Source of the DNA: an uncultured Chloroflexia bacterium
GTDB taxonomy: Bacteria; Chloroflexota; Limnocylindria; Limnocylindrales; CSP1-4
Direction: 5' to 3'
DNA: 64,000 bases
NCBI GenBank assembly: GCA_963720755.1
Contig: CAVRGP010000002.1
Location: 192,001-256,000 of the forward strand
Shown here: one piece after another, positions 20,607 to 29,775 of the stretch
How positions within the stretch are numbered: position 1 is the first letter of the stretch
Layout of the letters: each line of letters opens with the position of its first letter
Position numbers and translations under genes: made by a program
The notes under the pieces: generated by a model
What the model saw: only the letters and a program-made list of their open reading frames with translations
The model's database searches: none
Told to the model about the DNA's origin: nothing

Positions 20607-21835
20607 CGGGACCGTCCGACCAGGCGGCGGGTGCGCCGCCCCGCGGCGGTGACGATCCGCCGTCCGACGATGCCGACCATGTCGAGGGTCGAGACCCTGG
20701 CCAGGGCGATCGGTTCGACCGATGTGCGGGTGACCTGACCATCGGGATCGGGGACGAGGCCACTTGCCCGCAGGACGCTCATCGCCACGGTCGCCGCAAG
20801 GTCCGGGCTGATCTCGGGGTCGGGCTGCACGCCGTCGACGAGCCGGCTGGTCAGGACCGGTCGGAGGTGCTCGGGATCGCCGACGATCCGGACGCCCGAG
20901 GCGGTGATCGCATCGACCATCTCCCGGGCGATCCCGGCGGTCCGGTCGAGCGCCCACTGCGGCGTCTCGATCCGGGCCTCATCGGGACCCGGCTCACGAG
21001 CCTTCATCCAGGCGGCCGTCCCGAAGCGCATGAACCTGGTGCTCATGACCCTGGTGTGCACGGCTCGGTCCAGGCCCTCGGCGAAGAACTGCGCGTTGAA
21101 CGCGCGGACGATCTCGATCTCGGCCCAGGTCATCGACCGGTTCGTCCGGTCGCCATCGGCCACCAGCGTGCCTGCCCGCAGCCCGAGCAGCTGCTCGAAC
21201 ACCCGCAGGACCATGTCGTGGTCCCGCTCGTCGAGGGCGATGACCGTGACGTTCTGTGGCCCGACCACCTCGGCCCACCGGGCGATCAGCTGATCATGGC
21301 GATGCCGCCGCCAGAAGAGAGATCTGGAGCTGTCGCTGTCCGGGTCCCCGAAGATCTGCTCGAGGAACTGGTCGAACGACGTCTGCAGTCCCGTCTGGAC
21401 ATGTTGCTGCCATTGCGACGGCAGGATCTTGCTGAGTGGTCGGAGGGTCACCACGACGTGCACCGCATCCGGACCCAGGTCCTCGACGATCGTCCGGATG
21501 GTTTCCGGCTGCGCGTGGGCCAGGCGTTCATTGCTGAGCAGGACCCGTCGGTCACCGGCGGCGCGGATCTCGTCGACGAGATCCTGCCACTTCGCGATCG
21601 GTGGGACCTCGCCGGTCACCGGGTTCCGCATCCCCATGACGGCCTGGACCGCCGCGACGGGTTGGCGGGTGGACCCTGCATAGTGGACACCCTGGGCGGA
21701 GACGGTCGCCTGCCCCGAACGAAAGGCGCCCTGCAAGGTCGTCGTCCCGGTCTTGGGTGGGCCGATGTGGATGAGCCGGGTGCCCGCGGGCAGGAGCAGG
21801 TCGTCCGATCCGTCCGGTCCGGCAGTGGCGGTCAT
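20603..21835 (-). CDS. Sulfotransferase-like protein, array copy 4
   Basis: Same motifs; 410 aa. Confidence 0.78.
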   Translation of the reverse strand: MTATAGPDGSDDLLLPAGTRLIHIGPPKTGTTTLQGAFRSGQATVSAQGVHYAGSTRQPVAAVQAVMGMRNPVTGEVPPIAKWQDLVDEIRAAGDRRVLLSNERLAHAQPETIRTIVEDLGPDAVHVVVTLRPLSKILPSQWQQHVQTGLQTSFDQFLEQIFGDPDSDSSRSLFWRRHRHDQLIARWAEVVGPQNVTVIALDERDHDMVLRVFEQLLGLRAGTLVADGDRTNRSMTWAEIEIVRAFNAQFFAEGLDRAVHTRVMSTRFMRFGTAAWMKAREPGPDEARIETPQWALDRTAGIAREMVDAITASGVRIVGDPEHLRPVLTSRLVDGVQPDPEISPDLAATVAMSVLRASGLVPDPDGQVTRTSVEPIALARVSTLDMVGIVGRRIVTAAGRRTRRLVGRSR

Positions 21836-23064
21836 CGGGACCGTCCGACCAGGCGGCGGGTGCGCCGCCCCGCGGCGGTGACGATCCGCCGTCCGACGAT
21901 GCCGACCATGTCGAGGGTGGAGACCCTGGCCAGGGCGATCGGTTCGACCGATGTGCGGGTGACCTGACCATCGGGATCGGGGACGAGGCCACTTGCCCGC
22001 AGGACGCTCATCGCCACGGTCGCCGCAAGGTCCGGGCTGATCTCGGGGTCGGGCTGCACGCCGTCGACGAGCCGGCTGGTCAGGACCGGTCGGAGGTGCT
22101 CGGGATCGCCGACGATCCGGACGCCCGACGCGGTGATCGCATCGACCATCTCCCGGGCGATCCCGGCGGTCCGGTCGAGCGCCCACTGCGGCGTCTCGAT
22201 CCGGGCCTCGCCGGGACCCGGCTCGCGAGCCTTCATCCGGGTGGCCATGCCAAAGGCCATCACCCCATGATGCATGACCTTCGTATGGAGCGGACGGCTC
22301 AGGCCCTCGGCGAAGAACTGCGCGTTGAACGCCCGGACGATCTCGATCTCGGCCCAGGTCATCGACCGGTTCGTCCGGTCGCCATCGGCCACCAGCGTTC
22401 CCGTTCGAAGCCCGAGCAGCTGCTCGAACACCCGCAGGACCATGTCGTGATCCCGCTCGTCGAGGGCGATGACCGTGACGTTCTGCGGCCCGACCACCTC
22501 GGCCCACCGGGCGATCAGCTCATCATGCTGCTGGCGGAACCAGAAGAGTCGCCTCGATCGGTCGCTGTCCGGGTCCCCGAAGATCTGCTCGAGGAACTGG
22601 CTGAACGACGTCTGCAGTCCCGTCTGGACGTGCTGTTGCCATTGCGACGGCAGGATCTTGGCTAGTGGCCGAAGGGTCACCGCGACGTGGACCCGATCCG
22701 GACCCAGGTCCTCGACGATCGTCCGGATGGTCTCCGGCTGCGCGTGGGCGAACCGTTCGCTGCTGAGCAGGACCCGCCGGTCACCGGCGCCATGGATCTC
22801 CTCGACGAGATCCCGCCACTTCGCGATGGATGGGATCTCGCCGGTCCGTGGACTGGGACGACCGAGCGCGGCCAGGACGGCCTCGATCGGTTGGCGGGTG
22901 GGGCCGGCATAGTGGACACCCTGGGCGGAGACAGCCTCGCGGTTGCCGTGGAAGGCGCCCTGCAAGGTCGTCGTCCCGGTCTTGGGTGGGCCGATGTGGA
23001 TGAGCCGGGTGCCCGCGGGCAGGAGCAGGTCGTCCGATCCGTCCGGTCCGGCAGTGGCGGTCAT
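21832..23064 (-). CDS. Sulfotransferase-like protein, array copy 3
   Basis: Same motifs; 410 aa. Confidence 0.78.
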   Translation of the reverse strand: MTATAGPDGSDDLLLPAGTRLIHIGPPKTGTTTLQGAFHGNREAVSAQGVHYAGPTRQPIEAVLAALGRPSPRTGEIPSIAKWRDLVEEIHGAGDRRVLLSSERFAHAQPETIRTIVEDLGPDRVHVAVTLRPLAKILPSQWQQHVQTGLQTSFSQFLEQIFGDPDSDRSRRLFWFRQQHDELIARWAEVVGPQNVTVIALDERDHDMVLRVFEQLLGLRTGTLVADGDRTNRSMTWAEIEIVRAFNAQFFAEGLSRPLHTKVMHHGVMAFGMATRMKAREPGPGEARIETPQWALDRTAGIAREMVDAITASGVRIVGDPEHLRPVLTSRLVDGVQPDPEISPDLAATVAMSVLRASGLVPDPDGQVTRTSVEPIALARVSTLDMVGIVGRRIVTAAGRRTRRLVGRSR

Positions 23065-24295
23065 CGGGACCGTCCGACCAGGCGGCGGGTGCGCCGCCCG
23101 GCGGCGGCGACGATCCGCCGTCCGACGATGCCGACCATGTCGAGGGTCGAGACCCTGGCCAGGGCGATCGGTTCGACCGATGTGCGGGTGACCTGACCAT
23201 CGGGATCGGGGACGAGGCCACTTGCCCGCAGGACGCTCATCGCCACGGTCGCCGCAAGGTCCGGGCTGATCTCGGGGTCGGGCTGCACGCCGTCGACCAG
23301 CCGGCTGGTCAGGACCGGTCGGAGGTGCTCGGGATCGCCGACGATCCGAACACCCGACGCGGTGATCGCATCGACCATCTCGCGGGCGATCCCGGCGGTC
23401 CGGTCGAGCGCCCACTGCGGCGTTTCGATCCGGGCCTCGTCCGGGACCCGGCTCGCGAGCCTTCACATACGTCGCGACACCGAAGTATGCCCGCACGCCG
23501 TGGTGCATGACCCTGGTATGCACGGCTCGGTCCAGGCCCTCGGCGAAGAACTGCGCGTTGAACGCGCGGACGATCTCGATCTCGGCCCAGGTCATCGACC
23601 GGTTCGTCCGGTCGCCATCGGCCACCAGCGTGCCCGTTCGAAGCCCGAGCAGCTGCTCGAACACCCGCAGGACCATGTCGTGGTCCCGCTCGTCGAGGGC
23701 GATGACCGTGACGGTCCGGTCCGACCACCTCGGCCCACCGGGCGATCAGCTCGTCATGCTGCTGGCGGAACCAGAACGGCGACATCGATATATCGCCATC
23801 CCGATCCTCGAAGAGCTGCTCGAGGAACGGTCCCAGGGGTGTCCTCGCGCCCGATTGGACCGCCTGCTGCCATTGCGACGGCAGGATCTTGCTGAGTGGG
23901 CGAAGGGTCACCGCGACGTGGACCCGATCCGGACCCAGGTCATCGACGATCGTCCGGATGGTTTCGGGTTTGGCGAGCGATATGCGCTCGTTGCTGAGCA
24001 GGACTCGCCGGTCACCGGCGCCGCGGATCTCGTCGACCAGATCCCGCCACTTCGCGATGGAAGGGATCTCGCCGGTCATGGGAGCAGGCATTCCCAGGAC
24101 GGCCTGGATCCCGGTCACCCGCCGATGGGACAAACCGGCATAGTGGACACCCTGGGCGGAGACGGCCTCGCGGTTGCCGTGGAAGGCGCCCTGCAGGTAC
24201 GTCGTCCCGGTCTTGGGTGGGCCGATGTGGATGAGCCGGGTGCCCGCGGGCAGGAGCAGGTCGTCCGATCCGTCCGGTCCGGCAGTGGCGGTCAT
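23061..24295 (-). pseudogene. Sulfotransferase-like protein, array copy 2, two frameshifts
   Basis: 1235 nt; relative to sister copies, a 2-nt deletion near 23714 and a 1-nt insertion near 23440. Confidence 0.7.
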
Positions 24296-25536
24296 CGGGA
24301 CCGTCCGACCAGGCGGCGGGTGCGCCGCCCGGCGGCGGTCACGATCCGCCGTCCGACGATGCCGACCATGTCGAGGGTCGAGACCCTGGCCAGGGCGATC
24401 GGTTCGACCGATGTGCGGGTGACCTGACCATCGGGATCGGGGACGAGGCCACTTGCCCGCAGGACGCTCATCGCCACGGTCGCCGCAAGGTCCGGGCTGA
24501 TCTCGGGGTCGGGCTGCACGCCGTCGACCAGCCGGCTGGTCAGGACCGGTCGGAGGTGCTCGGGATCGCCGACGATCCGGACACCCGACGCGGTGATCGC
24601 ATCGACCATCTCCCGGGCGATCCCGGCGGTCCGGTCGAGCGCCCACTGGGGGGTCTCGATCCGGGCCTCGCCGGGACCCGGCTCGCGGGCCTTCATCCGG
24701 GTCGCTGCGCCAAAGGCCATGACCTTCGTATGGAGCGGACGGTCGAGGCCCTCGGCGAAGAACTGCGCGTTGAACGCTCGGACGATCTCGATCTCGGCCC
24801 AGGTCATCGACCGGTTCGTCCGGTCGCCATCGGCCACCAGCGTTCCCGTCCGAAGCCCGAGCAGCTGCTCGAACACCCGCAGGACCATGTCGTGATCGCG
24901 CTCGTCGAGGGCGATGACCGTGACGTTCTGTGGCCCGACCACCTCGGCCCAGCGGGCGATCAGTTGATCGTGGCGATGGGGATACCAGAACAGTCGCCTC
25001 GATCGGTCGCTGTCCGGGTCCTCGAAGATCTGTTCAAGGAATGTCTCAAACGGCGTCTTCACGCCCGATTGGACCGCCTGCTGCCATTGCGACGGCAGGA
25101 TCTTGCTGAGTGGGCGCAGGGTCACCGCGACGTGGACCCGATCCGGACCCAGGTCATCGACGATCGTCCGGATGGTCTCGGGTCGTGCGTGCGTCAGCCA
25201 CTCATTGCTGAGCAGGACCCGTCGGTCACCGGCGCCGCGGATCTCGTCGACCAGATCCCGCCACTTCGCGATCGGCGGGATCTCGCCGGTCCTTCGGCTC
25301 CGCATCCCCATGATCGCCTGGACCGCCGCAACGGGTTGGCGGGTGGGACCGGCATAGTGGACACCCTGAGCGGAGACAGCTTCGCGGTTGCCGTGGAAGG
25401 CCCCCTGCAAGGTCGTCGTCCCGGTCTTGGGTGGGCCGATGTGGATGAGCCGGGTGCCCTCGGGTAGGAGAAGGGCCGCAGGTCTCGAACCTGACGGGGA
25501 TACGTCGATCGTCTGCGTGACGCTGCTGTCCACCAC
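24292..25536 (-). CDS. Sulfotransferase-like protein, array copy 1 (unique N-terminus)
   Basis: IHIGPPKTGTT, SNE, RPLSKILPSQWQQ; 414 aa. Confidence 0.78.
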   Translation of the reverse strand: MVDSSVTQTIDVSPSGSRPAALLLPEGTRLIHIGPPKTGTTTLQGAFHGNREAVSAQGVHYAGPTRQPVAAVQAIMGMRSRRTGEIPPIAKWRDLVDEIRGAGDRRVLLSNEWLTHARPETIRTIVDDLGPDRVHVAVTLRPLSKILPSQWQQAVQSGVKTPFETFLEQIFEDPDSDRSRRLFWYPHRHDQLIARWAEVVGPQNVTVIALDERDHDMVLRVFEQLLGLRTGTLVADGDRTNRSMTWAEIEIVRAFNAQFFAEGLDRPLHTKVMAFGAATRMKAREPGPGEARIETPQWALDRTAGIAREMVDAITASGVRIVGDPEHLRPVLTSRLVDGVQPDPEISPDLAATVAMSVLRASGLVPDPDGQVTRTSVEPIALARVSTLDMVGIVGRRIVTAAGRRTRRLVGRSR

Positions 25537-25591
25537 CGGCCCGAGGATACCGGAGATGCGCCCAGCGCCGCGGTCTCAGGTCACGGGAATC

Positions 25592-25622
25592 AAAAAGCGG
25601 CCCGACCGGTCGGTCGGGCCGC
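25592..25622 (-). terminator. Rho-independent terminator of the cold-shock gene
   Basis: 11-bp perfect stem GCGGCCCGACC/GGTCGGGCCGC followed by TTTTT on the minus strand. Confidence 0.85.
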
Positions 25623-25630
25623 TCAGAGGG

Positions 25631-25834
25631 TCAGGCGGCGCGGACGTTCCCGGCGCGCGGCCCCTTCGGGCTCTGCTCGATCTCGAATTCCACTCTCTCG
25701 CCGCCGCTGAGACGGTCGAAATCGAGTGAACTGTCCATCCCGGCGCGATGGAAGAAGTATTCCTTCTCATCCTCGCCGACGATGAATCCGAAGCCGCGGT
25801 CGCTGACGACCTTCTTGATGGTACCGGTGGCCAT
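25631..25834 (-). CDS. Cold-shock domain protein
   Basis: MATGTIKKVVSDRGFGFI...YFFH...GPRAGNV; GGAGG RBS. Confidence 0.93.
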   Translation of the reverse strand: MATGTIKKVVSDRGFGFIVGEDEKEYFFHRAGMDSSLDFDRLSGGERVEFEIEQSPKGPRAGNVRAA

Positions 25835-25849
25835 GATGACCTCCAACAC

Positions 25850-25945
25850 TTTCCGAACACAGATTGCAGATCGCACGGTCTGTTCGAAAAGGGGGTCGAC
25901 CAGGCGGAGTGTCGTCGCACAGTGCGGCGAGCAACAACAGTAGCA
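25850..25945 (-). promoter_or_regulatory. Extended -10 promoter and structured 5' UTR of the cold-shock gene
   Basis: TGCTACTGT at 25937-25945; stem TTTTCGAACA/TGTTCGGAAA next to the RBS. Confidence 0.5.
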
Positions 25946-26009
25946 CGGATGTTCGGGGTCCCTCGCCTGTGACGGGAGGCTACCGACTGGCGCTTGTATC
26001 GATGCGCCC

Positions 26010-27224
26010 GTGGATCTCACCCTCCAGGAGCTTGCGCGTCAGAGCCAGTCGGATGTCGCGTTCGTCGAGCGCCTGATCCGCCTCGGTGTGGTCACGGAGT
26101 CACCGGACGGGTTCGTGCCCGGCGACATCTGGAAGGTCCGCACCCTCCGAGCGATCGAAGCCGGTGGCGGGACGGCGGAGGCGGTCGCGGAGGCGGTCCG
26201 TGCGGGACGGGTCAACCTTGACTTCCTCGGCTCGCTCTTGCCGGAGCCAGGCCCGCTCAGCGCTCGAACCTTCCGGGAGTTCATCGCGGCGCAGGGTCCG
26301 AGGGGCGACCTGGTAGGCCCGATCCTCGAGATGCTGGGACTGCCACTACCACCCCTCGACCTGCCGATGCGGGCCGACGACGACGCGATGTTGACGCGCT
26401 TCCTCGATCAGTGGGCCCAGAGTCCAGAGATCGCGCTGCGCGCGGCCCGCCTGATGGGTCAGACGACGCGCGCGACGACCGAAGGATGGACCGGCCTGCA
26501 CTACGAGCTGTTCCGCGGCCTGGGCGGTCCGGATCGCGCCGCCTGGACGCCGGAGTTCCGGGCGCACGAGGAGGAGGTCGCTCGCGACGCGATCGCCCTG
26601 GCCGCCGCCATGCCAGGCTGGCTCATGCACCATCTCGTCGAGCGGATCCTGGCGGCCGATGTCGTGGAGAACCTCGAGATGGGCACGGATCCCTTCGCCG
26701 AACGGCGGCAGGACCTTCCTCCGGGTGCGCGGGTCCCCGCCATCGCGTTCGTCGACGTATCGGGCTTCACCGCACTGACCGAGGAGGCCGGCGACCGGGC
26801 CGCCTCCGACTCGACGACGGTCTTCGAGGAGGTCGTGACGCGGGCAGCGGCGGCGCATGGCGGTCGAGTCGTGAAGCTGCTCGGTGACGGCGCGCTCCTC
26901 CACTTCGTGGATGCGACCGTCGCGATCGATGCGATCCTCGTCGTGCGGGACGCGCTCCGCCCCCGCGGGTTGCAGTCGCACGCCGGGATCGATTGCGGGC
27001 CGATCGTTGAGCGCGATGGCGACGTGTTCGGTCGAACGGTCAATCGAGCCGCACGCCTGGCGGCGTTGGCCCGACCGGGGGAGATCGTCGTCAGTGAGGC
27101 GGTCGCCCTGGTCTCGCCTCGAGCGCGTCCGGCGCTGGAGGCGATGGGCCCGCAGGAACTGAAGGGCATCGACCTGCCGCTGGCCGCCTATCGGCTGGCG
27201 GGCGACCGCTCGCCCGATCGGTGA
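26010..27224 (+). CDS. Class III adenylate/guanylate cyclase with N-terminal regulatory domain
   Basis: AFVDVSGFT, VKLLGDG, DVFGRTVNRAARL. Confidence 0.88.
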   Translation: MDLTLQELARQSQSDVAFVERLIRLGVVTESPDGFVPGDIWKVRTLRAIEAGGGTAEAVAEAVRAGRVNLDFLGSLLPEPGPLSARTFREFIAAQGPRGDLVGPILEMLGLPLPPLDLPMRADDDAMLTRFLDQWAQSPEIALRAARLMGQTTRATTEGWTGLHYELFRGLGGPDRAAWTPEFRAHEEEVARDAIALAAAMPGWLMHHLVERILAADVVENLEMGTDPFAERRQDLPPGARVPAIAFVDVSGFTALTEEAGDRAASDSTTVFEEVVTRAAAAHGGRVVKLLGDGALLHFVDATVAIDAILVVRDALRPRGLQSHAGIDCGPIVERDGDVFGRTVNRAARLAALARPGEIVVSEAVALVSPRARPALEAMGPQELKGIDLPLAAYRLAGDRSPDR

Positions 27225-27244
27225 GGGCGGCTCGGCGGTCGTGA

Positions 27245-28116
27245 TCAGGTCGCCGAGCTTCCGCCCCGATCCAGCGAAACGGCCGTTCCGCTGACCCGGA
27301 TCCCGCCAGTCGTCGTCCGGGACCTCGACCTCGATCACTGCTCGGTCGACCCATCTCGACGCCCTGGCTGATCGTGAACCGGGCGGGTGGCACCAACTCG
27401 CCGCGCCACCGCAGATAGGCACCGAACGCAGCCGCCGCGGCACCGGTGGCGGGATCCTCGACGACGTTGCCGACGGGGAACGGATCGCGCGCACGGAAGT
27501 GGTCGGCGGTCTCGCGCCAGACGAGTTGGACCGTGGTCAGGTCCGCACCCAGCATGATCGAGCGCAGTCGCTCGAAATCGTAGGCGAGCGACGCGAGCCG
27601 GGCGTAGTCGGCCGCGGCAAGGATCAGGTGCTCCGCTCCGGCATAGCTCACCGCCGGCGGCAGCGCCGGATCCAGCTCGCCACGGCCCCATCCGAGGGCA
27701 GCCAGCGCCTCGCTCAGCAGCTCTGCCTCGGCCTCGCGCGTCCGGGGCGGGACGGACGTCAGCGTCGCCCGGACATGTCCGTCCGGACCCACGCTCCGTA
27801 TCGAGCGTCACCAAGCCGTCATTCGTCGTCAGGACGAAGTGGCCGATCCCCGACCGCTCGGCCAGGGCGACCCCGGCCGCGATCGTGGCGTGGCCGCAGA
27901 ACGGGACTTCCGCGGCCGGGCTGAAGTAGCGGACCCGATAGGCGGTGGCCCGCCACTCCCGTCGAGGGCGAGGAAGGCCGTCTCGGAGTACCCGACCTCG
28001 GTCGCGATCCGCTGCATGTCGGTCGGGTCGGGCAGTTCGTTCCCGATCCAGACCCCGGCCGGGTTGCCACCGGTCGGATCGAGCGTGAACGCGGCAAGGC
28101 GGAGCAGCTCGGCCAT
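27245..28116 (-). pseudogene. PhzF-family isomerase/epimerase broken by about four frameshifts
   Basis: AFT..GGNPAGV, GYSETAF, YFSPAAEVPFCGHAT, EDPATGAAA, QGVEMGRPS and IRVSGTA lie in different frames (shifts near 27945, 27790, 27340, 27310). Confidence 0.8.
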
Positions 28117-28193
28117 GTCGCGATCCTAGCCGATGGCAGCGGTGCGTCGTGTGACCGCGCTCAGATCGCCGGTTTGAAGACTACGATCTGTCG

Positions 28194-29775
28194 ATGCCAT
28201 CGACGTTGCGCCTGCTCGATCGCCGTCGGGGACTTCGGCTGCTTGTCGTGACGATCCCGTCCCTGGCGGTCGCCACGTTGGTGGTTGGCGCGCTGGAGAC
28301 CTGGCTGGGCGTACCGAACGCGTCGATCGTCTACCTGGCGGCCGTCGTCCTGAGTGCGATCCTGGCCGGCACCTCGGGCGCCATCTTCGCAGCCATCGGG
28401 TCGGTCATCCTGTACGACTTCCTGTTCACCGGCCCCGAGTACACCCTTCGGATCAGCGATCCGGATGAGTGGCTGAGCGTGATCCTGTTGCTCTTCGTCG
28501 GCGTGGTGGTCGGTCAGCTGGCGGCGCTCCAGCGGTCGCGCACCGATGAAGCCAGGTCGCGGGAGCGGGAGGCGAGGGCGCTCTTCCGGGTTAGCCGCGC
28601 CCTGGCAACGCGTACGTCGACCTCGGCAGCGCTCGAGACGATCGCCGACGTGCTCGTCGGTGAGACGGAGATGTCACGAGTCTGGGTCGTCCTCGACACG
28701 GATGGGTCAGAGCGCACCGTCGTGGATACCGATGGTGGTCCGCGGCCCGCGTTGTCCGCCGTTCAGCACGTGCTTCAGCGGATGCCAGGAGACGAGCCGG
28801 CGCACTGGCAGCGCGTCCACCAGCCCGCGCGCCCGGCGACTCGCGCCACGAATGACGCTGGCCTCCCTGCCTATCGCATCAGGATCGAGACGGCCGACAT
28901 GGTCCTCGGGTCGATCTGGTGCACCCGCGATCGCGCTGCATGGCGACCCGGACCAGACCGAAACGCGGCTGCTGGCGGCCGCCGCTGACCAGACCGGACA
29001 GGTGATCGCGCATGATCGGCTGGCGGCAGAAGCCCGCGCACTCGAGGTCATCCGCCAGGGCAACGAGATCAAGGCGGCGCTCCTGCAGTCGGTGTCCCAC
29101 GACCTGCGGACGCCCTTGGCGACCATCCGAGCCGCCGCAGGAACGATGCGACCGGGCCGCCACGCGCGGCCCGAGGATCTGGAGGAGAGCGTCGACCAGA
29201 TCGACCGCGAGGTCGACTACCTCAATCGCCTCGTCACCAATCTTCTCGACCTCAGCCGGATCGACGCCGGTGCGCTTCGCGTCGACCGAGACGTGTTCGA
29301 ACTCGACGACATCGTCCGGCGAAACCTCGATCGCATCGCCCCGCGCCTGAACACGCGGCGGGTCGACGTGGACCTGCTCGCGCCGCCGGTGGCCGTCGAC
29401 CCGGCCCTGTTCGACCAGGTGGTGGCGAACGTGCTCGACAATGCCATCAAGTACACGGGTGACACGACGCTGGTGCGGCTGCGGGCCTCGTCGCTTGACG
29501 GTGAGCCGTTCGTGCGTCTGACGATCGAGGACGCAGGACCGGGCGTTCCCGAGGACGCCATCCCGAACGTCTTTGACAAGTTCTACCAGGTCCCCGGCGT
29601 CGCGACCGGCTCGCGGTCCGGGACCGGGATCGGTCTCGCCGTCGTTCGCGGCCTCATGGTCGCGATGGGCGGACGGGTCGTCGCACGCCGGAGCGACCTC
29701 GGTGGCCTTGCCATCGACCTCGATGTCCCCGTCGCCACGGTCCCTGCCGAGCTCGAACCATCGGGGATGGGTTGA
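28194..29775 (+). pseudogene. kdpD: KdpD-like sensor histidine kinase (DUF4118-GAF-HisKA-HATPase), frameshift near 28935
   Basis: DUF4118-type TM segment LYDFLFT.P.YTL; VSHDLRTPL; NVLDNAIKY; GTGIGL. Lacks the N-terminal KdpD/Usp domains. Confidence 0.78.

Larger units (their letters stand above)
19237..24687. repeat. Five near-identical ~550-bp gene-junction blocks starting at 19237, 20448, 21677, 22906 and 24137 (periods 1211, 1229, 1229, 1231 bp)
   Basis: Direct DNA comparison; each block covers the 3' ~390 bp of one copy and the 5' ~160 bp of the next. Confidence 0.95.

Noticed and set aside
19392-24646. Long N-terminal extensions (MGARPDRRDRPG...) on the array ORFs in the track
   Set aside because: They are the alternative frame of the upstream copy's 3' end; the true starts are the ATGA-overlap MTATAG codons.
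18148-25536. CRISPR array, DGR or shufflon as the explanation for the repeats
   Set aside because: Repeats are ~550-bp coding blocks with a 1.2-kb period. No cas, reverse transcriptase or recombinase gene and no inverted cassettes are seen in the window.
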